Positions 13,801-24,800 of a DNA stretch of 64,000 bases are shown piece by piece. The stretch is from assembly GCA_000934665.2 (NCBI GenBank), contig KZ538009.1:62001-126000 (forward strand), given 5' to 3'. Both the position numbers and the translations under genes were made by a program. This DNA comes from Catajapyx aquilonaris. Taxonomy: Eukaryota. The notes under the pieces are model-generated. The model worked only from the letters and a program-made list of their open reading frames with translations, did not search any database and had not been told where the DNA came from. Each line of letters begins with the position of its first letter. Within the stretch, counting starts at the first letter, position 1.

Positions 13801-15673
13801 CTTTTTCTATTGCCTCTCTGACACCAGGCAAGTGGCGGCTGCTCCTACAACATGGCGAGTCGTTGGTGGGCCCCATTAGACCAGCCGTAAAGGCCAAGCA
13901 AACACACGCTCACAGCCGGTAATCCCCCTCAGAATATTGCCAATATTTCCCTTAAGGAAACACCTCTCTCCGCTTGGTTTTTTTTTCATCTCAACAAACT
14001 ACACATTGACCTTTTTCTTTCCGGTCTATACAGAATTGGTGTGGTATTGGACCCCCCCGTTTTGCACTGATACGATGGCTTTCCCACTCGGAATAGGAAC
14101 CTAGGTTTATTTGCACTGCCCACTTGAGTTTCCCCGGTTTATTTTTGCGAAATTTGAGGAGGGTGAATTTGCTATGAAATCTGGAAAAGTGTAAGGTGGA
14201 GATTGGGTTGCTCGATTGGATTTTGGAAAACATTTATTTGTTGGAGAAAAGTATGGTGTGTACTATATCGCCCAAAAAGATAGAGACGATTTTGCATTTG
14301 ACTCAAGTGCAACTTGCACTTGAATCAAATGCCAATCGTCTCTATCTTTTTGAGCGATATAGTACATGCGAAATGTTCAAATCGTGCACTAATAATAATT
14401 CTACCCAATACTTTTCCCTGAGGCTACCTTAGATGAAAGTTGCGAATTTTCATGTTTATATATAAAAAAATTAAAACGTTCAAAAAAGGAGGCTGTGTGA
14501 TTTCACTAGTGTTTTTTGAATGAAAGTCATACTTTCTGAGTGCTTTTAAAGCAATCTGTGGAATGATAGCGATTTTGCACTTAGCTCACGTCCTGCAAAA
14601 TTTCTCTTCCCTAGCTTGCTGCACCATATTCTCTCTTAGAAAATATACGCAAGAAGAAGACAACATTCGCGACCCGAAAATCAATTTTCGGCAGCGATTC
14701 TTGAAGGAGCTTCACGTTGCAAAGTGAGGTGAAATAGGCCCTCCAGACACTTTAGCGTTTTCAGGCGTTTAAAACCCCCGCAAAGTGTCTATAGGTTCTC
14801 TCAATACTGCAGGGGTCTTGCTTGTTGCATCGGATGTGCGTTACACTCACCTCAGAAGGTTGTATAAATTAATATTAATCACATCCCATCGTATTTGCGC
14901 AGTGCTTCCGATATGCTTCCGTTTGAGCTTCACGAGACATTACCCCTTCTTTGAGACGGTAATGAGTAATTGCGATCCGACCGGAGTTATATATGAGTTG
15001 CGATATCCCACAGCAAACCTGCCTCTAAAAAACCGGTTCAAAATTGGAATCCAAGCATTACTACCCTGCAAGCAATCCAGGATGAAAAATCGCGACATTT
15101 GATTCCATCCCTTCTAATTCCAAATCCATTAATCAAAAAATCCTGGCTCCGATCTGCAGGAGAAGGTGAATCTGATCGGTCCAGAATCTTCTCCCTCCAA
15201 GAAATCCCGATGGGCGACAGTCCCGCCCCAATAAGAAGTCCTGGATGCTGCGACCTACCCTCAGAATCCCTCAGGATGGGTAGGCCTATAAGGATAGGGG
15301 GGACGGGTAAAAAAAATTGTATTTTCGGGAAGGGTGGGACGCACTGCGTCATCGGGATCGATCCGGGAACTTTAAAAAAAATGGGAGAGGAGGAGGAGGA
15401 GGGGAGGAACTTCTTTTTCTGTTAAATTTCGGGGAAGCTGCCCCTGCTGCTTTTCCTGGGCCTCAACCGACATGATCTTCACCGGTGCAGCAGATTGGAA
15501 CTCGTCTCTTCGCCAAGGTAAGCAACTCCATTGATTTCCACTCTACCCTGGCACTTTGCCCGTCTCTACTCCACCTTGACTCTCCTTCCTTTTTCTTTAA
15601 AAAAAACTCTAAACCCTCCCCTTTTCCTCCTCCTCCTCCTCCTCTCCCCAGCTTTTATTTGACTGGAGCAAAA

Positions 15674-15715
15674 GCGGCAACGGGAATAAACGCGGCAACG
15701 GGAACAAACCCGGCA
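15674..15715 (+). repeat. 18-bp tandem repeat, about 2.3 copies
   Basis: GCGGCAACGGGAATAAAC GCGGCAACGGGAACAAAC CCGGCA. Confidence 0.8.
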
Positions 15716-16143
15716 TCGTATTTCGATTTACATCCCCGTTATCTGAACATGCGCTTTCACGCACTAGGCCGGGGCTATTATGGCCAACAGGTTCTGCAGC
15801 TCCCTAATCAGTTCGGGCCAACTCCCCATTATCAGTAAGTCGGAAATGAACCAACTCAAATGATTCAATAAAAACATGGCGGGGGGTACATTGCAGTACA
15901 TGTGTTGTCAAACGCTAATGGCACGGGATTGCCAGAGGTAACGGGATCCCAATGCGGCAAAATAATATTTGTACGTGAGCTTTTGCAAGAATCCGATGCG
16001 TAATAGGCAAGAAAATTATTTACTTAAAAATCGCTGCTGCTATTCACAAAAATTGCTATTGTCCTTGTGCACACAAAATGGCTGTTAAGCTACTTTTATC
16101 ACATTATTAATGTATGAAACCAGAGTACATATTTGGAGAAGTA

Positions 16144-16432
16144 CAGTGAAATTACTGTGATCCCGCATTTATCGCTATTCACATCAGTGAAACCTCGATT
16201 CATCGTTTTTGTCGGGACCTTGGAAAAACGATGAATGCGGGATCAACTGTACTTCTCCAAATGTTTACCTCTGGTTACATACTAATCATTGGATAAAAGT
16301 TGCTTAACAGCGGTACACAATGACAAATTGCTACTTTTTGAATAGCAGTAGCAACGAGGGGTGAAATTACGTTGATACCGCATTTATCGTTTTTTCAAGG
16401 TCCTACAAAAACGATGAATCGAGGTTTCACTG
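16144..16432. mobile_element. Rearranged Tc1/mariner(pogo)-type MITE
   Basis: About 62-bp TIRs at 16185-16247 and 16371-16432 (first 28 nt identical: CAGTGAAACCTCGATTCATCGTTTTTGT). The outer ends TA|CAGTGAAA (16144) and TTTCACTG|TA (16432) are consistent with a TA target duplication. Confidence 0.85.
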
Positions 16433-18192
16433 TATATAACAAAGCCGAAAGCGTCCACCTAAAGTGGACAAGATGAGTGCGTTTGCGGGCTTTTTGTTAC
16501 AAATTGCATGAGCTTGCGAGCACATCGGACTGTTGTTTATGTTAAAGAGTTGAGAATATTATAGTGGGAAATGGATGAGCAAGAGTGGTAATTGCTCTTG
16601 AAACAAGCTTTCCGGAAAAGTGGGGGGGGGGGGGTAGGAGTGGGAATGGGGGGAGGGGGGGGTTCTGCAATGCGAAACTCCGGGACTCCTTTTACAATCC
16701 CACCACATCTGAAAAACAAACTTGGGCCATCATAACTGCGCCCGTAGTTTCAAACTTCATCACCTTAATTAACGGAAGGGTTATCTCATTTTGCAAAGTC
16801 CGGAAACTAAAGTTTAAAAAGTAATCTGCTTTGGGAACAGGGAGACTGTCTCCACACAGTGAACTCTCTCTCTCTCTCTGTGCCGCGCAACTGCTCCAAG
16901 ATACCAATCCTTCCTTCTCGAGACGGATTTATCTTCCTTATGTGTACAGTATAACACAGATTAATGGACTTCTCCGCGCTTGCTTCGATTAGACCTGAAA
17001 TGCTCCTCGTTACACTTTACACAAAAGACCAATCAATGAGCCTGTAGAAAATTAATGTTCGCCAAATTGACGACATTTCGAGCAAGTAAAGAGCAAAACC
17101 GTCTCAATATTATTTTGGCATGAAGGTTATTATTTTCACGCCTCTTCTCGATTGTCTGCATGAAAATGCAGCACTCATTTTTTTTAAAGGGGCACCCTGG
17201 GTAACCCGCTTTCAGGATGCAGAAACACGCCCCACCTCTGACCCACTCTAGCCCCCTTTGAACTTTTTGCGAATTCGCAAACCGAATTCTTGCTCCACTT
17301 GCAAGGCCTGCATTGCACACGGTCACTTTGCCTTTTTTTAAAACTCCCTCGCTCTCTTGCTGCTTTTCCTCCCAAAAATTTTTGCTTAGCTTCTAGGTTA
17401 TGCTTGTTTTCGTGCCAAAACATAGGCAGGGTTGATTTCCAAAACAAATGATTTGCTGTCCCCCGCAAACCCCCCCTACTAATTACAGGCTTAGCCAACA
17501 CGCTTCGTGCAACATAAACAAAAACTGCGTAGGATCTTCCGACACGCACGGGAAGTCCGGATGCTTCCGATGCGTGCCGTTAAGCCAAAATTCCCCTTGA
17601 TCAACTTTGATATTACAAGACCCATCCCAAGACAAAAGGAGGGGTGAACGGCCCTGCTCGATGACTGCTGCTGGCCAAAAAAAAACTACCCAGACACACA
17701 CACACCAAAATATACACGCCTCCCTTGTCTAGCTCCATGGAAACAGGAAGCGAAACCGGGCAGAGGTCAATCTCGGGTCAGGACATGGCACGCTTCTTCA
17801 TTGCTCTTTAATAGCTGGCCAACTCGGTTGGTTTCAAGCTTACAGAATATTGCAGGTATTCACTAGTCCAAATAATAATTAATAATCGGCAAAAGAATGT
17901 GGACTTAGCACATCATTTTTCGTAATAAAACCTTTTACTTATTTATGTTTTTACGAGTAAGTTTACGGTGCCTAAAGGCAGCTATTTCTGGCCCTGATAC
18001 GTGTACTTTAAGCATCGAATTTGAAACTGTTACTCTTATCAGTTATCACAGGTTGTAACTGCTTAGATTATCTTAACCTTTTTGTCTGAATTCAGCTACA
18101 ATTTGATTTAAGGCTTACGGCATATTGCAGCAATTCAATACAAATAATTTAATAAAAGAATGTACAGAGAGTGATAGTCTTACACAATATTT

Positions 18193-18393
18193 GAGAGGTC
18201 TTAGATCAAAAACAGCTAAGTCCACTTGGTCGTAAAATGAGCAAAAACTGATACAATTTCGCACCTTTTTACGTCCATATGTTTCTGCAGTTCAGCTACA
18301 TACGTAAAATGTGCAATTAATATCCGAGGACATTAAAATAAACTTACAATATTTGTGGACTTGGCTGCTTTTGAACTCAGCGTCAAACCCCTC
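18193..18393. mobile_element. MITE family B, copy 1 (~200 bp, GAG..CTC termini)
   Basis: Imperfect TIRs GAGAGGTCTTAGATCAAAAACAGCTAAGTCCAC and GTGGACTTGGCTGCTTTTGAACTCAG..CCCCTC. A second copy lies at 28588-28789. Confidence 0.75.
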
Positions 18394-18705
18394 GTTTCAT
18401 ATTGAAACGTTTGACTTGTATTTATAAGCTCACAATACATTTGGCACACCTGCACTTTTTTTTCTAAAAATAACAAAAATTAAATCAAGCTTCCCATTCC
18501 TTATCCTCTTCTTAAGTTAGACCAGAATTGAAACCGATGGGGTTGTACTTTTAAAAAATCCCCTCCTCTCCGGGCTCAGAATAGCAGTTTTATTGTCCTT
18601 GTTGTACAGTTTCTATGCTATGGACTCGGCCGCAGCCCACTCTTTAGTTGGGGAGGTTTTGGGGTGGGTTGGATCCAGTAATTCAGCCTGTCCGGGGGGG
18701 GGGGG

Positions 18706-18741
18706 NNNNNNNNNNNNNNNNNNNNNNNNNNNNNNNNNNNN
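18706..18741. other. Assembly gap (36 N) next to a poly-G run
   Basis: Run of N after G12. Single Ns at 11183, 18973, 42021 and 55318 are also near G runs. Confidence 0.98.
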
Positions 18742-21209
18742 CTCTTTTTTATGTCCGGACCCTGGGTTTAGTCCTGGATACGGCCCACTCCGGAGTACGT
18801 GCATCCACAGGCAAAGGCCCGCCAATAAGCCCTCGCCGCCCGGAAACTATGGGGATCTCCAAGTGATCTGCGCTAACTAAATGGCCTCCCCAATTTCCTA
18901 CCCCTCCCCTTTTTGGTCCCCCCCCCTCTCCCTTTTTTTATTTATTCCTGTCTGTCTGCCAACTCAAACGGANGGGGGGGGAAGAGTAGGGGGAATATTT
19001 TTTCGGGGGTGGGCTGTGCAAAATGTCGGGGGTGTCCCAAACACTCGGGAGGATCTACTTGGGAATAAATTGTCCCCTGGTTTGTTCTTTATGCTTTCTA
19101 TTATCATTTTCTGCTGTATGGGTAGCAGCTACGAGTTTGTTATAGCAAAGGGCAGGGAAAAAATATGGAGAAGAGAAAAATAATACGGGCCTAAAAAAAA
19201 TATGCGTGGGCTATAAAATGCAGCATGGAGAAATTTCAGGTTGGCTTGTTTTGCTTTTTAAAAAAATCTGCTGCGCGAATGTGGCACAGTACAAGTGCTA
19301 TGTTTACCACAAACATAACACAGCATGCTGTTTTCTTACACTATACAGCGTTTAAAAATATAATGTTAAATTATGCAAGATATTACAGTACAAGTTGGGA
19401 AACATATACCGGAGTATTTTTAATTTACCGACCGTTTCATGATACTATGCTGCTCATCTAGTCAGCATTTTTTGAACATAATTTCTCAGTGATATTATCT
19501 GGAAATCTATAATTAATTTACGCCATCATTTTCAAATATTTTAGAGAATAATACATTGAGATTGACCAATTCATTACAATATTAATGTTATTTAATATCC
19601 ACATAACAGGTGGACAAAAACCAAAAATAAAACTAGCCCAACTCTGCCTATACCCTGAAACCAAACCAGGCCCTAGAATTGAACCCACATTGGCAATATG
19701 AACATCAATAGAGTGAAGGGAGGCAATCAAGCATCCATCAGAAAAACAACGGCAGCAAATGCAACCCAAATGGTCACCGGTTCCCAACACCATTTAGTGG
19801 ATTCACACTACATTATGTTAGTTGCACCCAACCAAAGCTCATTTGTACCTATTTGCAATAGCCCTCCCTTTTTTTTTAGGGTTGTGTGTGGGTTGGCTGG
19901 GTTTCCATTTAGTTGGTGGAAGGTCTCCCCTCAGTAATCATTTGACGTCGCGACAATGGCCTGGCACCGACAATAATTCCGGGTAAAGGTTTTTTTTTTG
20001 TGTGATTGATTTAGTAACTCCAGTCCTGAGACCGCACAGAGCAGCTTTTGAAAACACCTGTCAGGGCTCTGAAATACCGCTTCCTACCCCTCCCTGCGCC
20101 CCACATGTCAGCTTTGGTGTCACAGATTATATACGCTTTGTGCAGCCCCATCACATATTGGTGCAGCCGCTCATTATACATAGAGCTGTGGGGGGCTGTA
20201 TATCAGAAGCATGGGTGTATATATCTGGCTGGCACAATGGCTTGGGGGGGAAAAAACCAAAACCGGTGAAATCGGTGGGCTTTGTGAGTCCCAAACTTTT
20301 CCTTTTCCAAACTAAAAAGCTTCCTTTTCAGCGTTTTGCAAACACTTGGTGTCAGAACGCGGCTTCGGGATGAAGCCATTTCAATCCGGCGGGGGTTTGG
20401 ATGGGAGGTTCAAAGTTCTACGGGTAATGGAGCGATTCGGAAGTCTATTGGATGCACACAAGGCAAAATGTCGAAAGCACGCGAGCGTCTCTCTGCCAAA
20501 CTACAACACTGTCCATGCAACTTTGCGAGAGGAGGTGAGGTGAGGTGAGGGGGGAGGGACAGCCCAAAGGCCTATTCATCCGCGTAATGGGTCGTACGAG
20601 TAGCTCCAGGTTCCATGAACTTGCGATAAGCTCCGTCATGTGTGACATAAAGTCACTCGCGTGCTTAGGCTCAGTCACCATCAGGAATGGGGAGGGGAGG
20701 ATGAGGTGAAAGGGCTCGTTCGGCATGTTTCGAGTCCATTGCCACCAACTTGTCAAGCCCTGTGGCCTCCAGAGCTATGCAGACAAACTCGTCGGACGGA
20801 AAACCAGCGATCACCGCAGATTGATGAAAAGCCCCTGCGAGTATAATAAAGCCTTCTAGCAACATTCGTCGCTCCTGTCTAGTATAGCCGTGATTGCCAA
20901 TAGCGACTACTTGTAAATCGCAGCTACTCATTGCGAAGTCGAAAAAAAACGATGAAAACGCCTGATAGCAGCTACCTTTCCTAACTCCAAGGCCATATCT
21001 CGATAGGCCCTAATCTTGGGAGTCTGCGAATCAATTTGCCAGTAAAGTTTCTCCCTCCCTTCCATGTTTATCCCCAGCTATCCTACCCACTCTGTGTTGG
21101 CCATTAGTAGGCTGATGAAGCGGGCGATGTCGCTTATCTGGCGCCATGCACCGCCCCATTCCCACTTCTGCGATGCTTGCAAATCGCCTACCCCCCACGC
21201 GACAACTTG

Positions 21210-21871
21210 TTAATGGCCACCTCCAGTTTTGTTTGCCATGTCTCGCTGAATGTGGTCCAAATAGTCAGAAAGAGGGGGTGGGGGAGGATTGGGACAGGAG
21301 GGGAGGGAGAAGCCTGATGGATGAGGACTAGTTGTAGAGGGGCTGGGAGCTGGGTCGAAGGATTGCTGTGGAGGTTTTGCTGGCTTTAATGCAGCAGCTG
21401 CCTTTTCATGCAGTACTAGAGTCTGCGTCATACCAGGTAAATTCAAACATTCATGCAGTACATGCAGTACTTCAGAAAAAAAATCTGCTTTTACAGTATC
21501 CCTACTAGAGCGGATTTTAGCTATTGCGAACATACAGGAATATTTCGCCGTAGATAAATCAGCTGATATATAGCTGTTACTTTCTGGTTGCGGAAAATCG
21601 GCTACATCATCCGGATGCCTGTTAGCAGTTCTTGTTGGACCATCCTGCGTTGGGAGTAATGCAATTGGTGATGGCGGAAGAAGATGGTCGCCCGAGACGC
21701 CCTCCCTTGGTGCATATTCATGAGAATTATAAGGCTCGGGGTTTGACCTACCCCGGCTTGTACTGTATGCATATCTTTTGGGGGGAAAACGACGTCGCTT
21801 CGTAATTTCCACGGTCTGCGGAGACGTAATGATATTAGCCAGGCTTCGTTTTCGAAAGCGGTTGACCTCTG
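21210..21871 (-). CDS. Possible terminal coding exon of an unknown (nuclear?) protein
   Basis: Stop-free frame 21884->21210 (224 codons). Candidate acceptors are cccag|21871 and ctaat..tctccgcag|21815. Protein-like layout: basic KRRRFPPKR, a predicted helical block STAKYSCMFAIAKIRSSRDTVKADFFSEVLHVLHECL, and a Pro/Ser-rich tail. No securely recognised domain. Confidence 0.35.
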
Positions 21872-24800
21872 CTGGGTATGATAATTATTGTTTTAAAAAA
21901 AAGCAGAGATGTATGGACACTAGAACTTCTCTCCAGCTCTTTTTTTTGTTGGAAGCGAAGTGGAAGTATTTTTGTCGTCTCTACAAAATTCTAGGATTCA
22001 AGGTGAGCTGAGTGCTTCCACCACCCGACCTCCTCTTGGTTCCTTCTCGCTGTTGATTTAATGGAGCAGTGAAAAACGTGAGAGCAGGAGTGCCCTCTGC
22101 CTCCATCTCTATAAATTTGTGGAAATTACATCCTCCGGTATAAGGACGGAATATTTACTATCCGAAACCAATGCGAAAATTGTGCCTCACTCTTCCGAAA
22201 TGCACCCGGTGTCATTTCAGTGTAGGAAACGATTCCATCTATTTTTACTTCCTCTCACAGCCCCAACCCCCCACCCCTCCTCTCTCCAATACTGATAGAA
22301 GAGCCTTGAAAATAAGCTAATAAATCAGCATTTAACTGTTTCCTGCCCCTGCTCTGATAAGAATAACGGTGGTAAAGGAAGAGCCCCTAACTTTCTTTCT
22401 GCATTAAACATTTCGAAATATTCTGGGCGATGAATCAATAAGCTACCATGTAAAATTGTAGGCTCACAGGAAATTGGAATCAAAGATTAACTGCGACGTA
22501 TAAAATTAATGTAAAAAAAACAATCCGAATTTACACCTGCAAAAGCTAATCGTAATTTTTATCTTTCCTTTTTTCTTAGTTGCAACTTACTTCTTAGTGA
22601 CAAACTACATCATAATTCTGTTACACTAATGTCTCTGGTTAGTTACGCTTAACCGACTAGACGAGTGGTTCTCTAGCCGTTAAAATTATGTCGAATTTTC
22701 CACCCTTGAACCACCCGCATCCTTCCACCTGTCCCCTAAATCCTCTTGAAGAATGGGCATGTCCCACACTTCCTCTCTTTTTTCTCTCTCTCTCTCGTCC
22801 ACGCCCATCGGCTTACTCCCTGAACATTGTTGGGCCGGTTGGAAACTCGTAAAAAGTAGTCTTTTCCCTCCCACTCTACTTGGGGATGGCCCTAACGCTA
22901 ACGACCTACAAGGAAAGGAAGTCCGATAACACCAGTGATTATCACACCACCAATTAAAACGAGACCTTCTGTCCGAGGGATTGATTAGGGTGAAGCACGC
23001 GAGAATTTCCTACCCCCCTTTTTCGCCTTGTATGAGCAACCGGGTGTGCTACCACTCCCTGCACGAAAAACCCAATAAATTGCCAGTAAAATGATAGAGA
23101 GAAAGAGGCCCGCCAGTTTAGGTAACCAGCAGGGAGACTGATGCCATCATATATTGGCAACGTAAATCGAGAGTTTGGATCCAATAAGAAGGATATCTCT
23201 TTTGATGTCGGGAGAGCAGGTTTTAAAATAGGCAAATAAATCCGATCTCTCTTCTTTTTTTATCCAGTGGAACCAGATTCGATGGGGGGGGGGGGGTTTA
23301 AAAAAATAAAACTAGCTGGAGAATGGAAGGAGAATGTCATCAGAAGCGCAGATGCAGAGCCGGCGTAACAATTCATCACCGGGCTGCCAATAAATCCCAA
23401 TCATAGCGCTTGGTTCAATTAGTAAGGCGGCAGGAACCCGACGGGCTAATTGTCTCATTAATAATTTTCCAAGGTCTACTTTCCAAAATGTCGAGTTCGA
23501 ATCGGCGGAAAATGCTACGTTCTGTTTACCATTTTTACTCTGTACGCTCCATGTCTTGATGGTTCTAAATTCGATGGCCGGGCTAGATTTGGTTAAGCGA
23601 ACTTGTATAATATACAAGCCGAGATATTGTAATCAGACTGTTGCAAGATGCAAAATATGAAATTCATGGCATTAGGTTGACAAAAGTATGAAGAATGTTT
23701 GCAGGAAAAAAATAATTCCAAATGCTCCGAACTCATCCTTTATAATGCAGTTAAATTTTTTTGCAAAATTGTTATTTTCAAATCCAGATTAATCGGTTGG
23801 GGGTTCTAATTAGGCAAATGCTGAGTTTCACTTTTTCTTCTATAATATTATTAGGAACTCCCTCACTAATTATTGTCGCGACTGGAGCCGACAACAATCC
23901 GGGAAAAGCATCCCCTTTTCTTTCTCAAATTTACGACGTCCCTTTATTGGTTGACTGATTCAATCAGTTGGGACAAAAAGCTACATCATTCAAGGAAATG
24001 GCTGCCATTTCGAGGGTACAAAGAGTGTAAATGAACTACTGCCTAAATATTCTTCACGGGAATTACAAAAAACTACTTCAATACCTGTTTAAATTTCTTG
24101 TAGCCTCCATTTGCCCCAAAAACAGTTCAACCTAGTGTGAACTGTCCAGCATTGTTCAACACACCGTGAAGTGCATATGTTCCGCCGAAGTTTCCAGTAT
24201 TTCCTTTTTTTTGCAATTTCCCGAGCTGACTAAGCCGATTTTCATTAAGCGGCTTGCGGAACCAGATTATTTGGGGGAATTTACAAGCTTTTTGCAAACA
24301 TCCACGTCATGAACAGTAGCAACGCAAGAACAGTAAAATGTGCGATATCCTCAACTCTTCGTCATGATAATGCACCTTACACCCTATAGCATCATATCCT
24401 CAAAGCCAGGCAGTGTGCGCATTGCCATATATCCCGGGAACCTATTTGAAATCTAATCTCGCTTTTTTTTTAAAAAAAAGGGTGGAGAGATAGAGAAACG
24501 TTGGGGTCGAATATCGCATAAAAAGTGTGCCATCATTCGTCAATATTTTCGCCGGATGTTTCGCATGCGATTTCAAAGCTCCCTCCTTCAGGATGCAAAA
24601 ATGGATTGGGGTCGGTCCAAAGAAATTGGAATCTCCTTTTTTTTGGATTTTTCTTTTTTCTCTGTGAATTAAATGTGGAAAGCAGGCGCGTTGAAGAATA
24701 CTCCGGGGGGGTCTTAATGCGCCTCATTCCACATAATTAATGGTGCCGCTTTCGCCGAATCCCACAATTTAGAATGTCAATTTGAGTTGGGTTTGTAATC

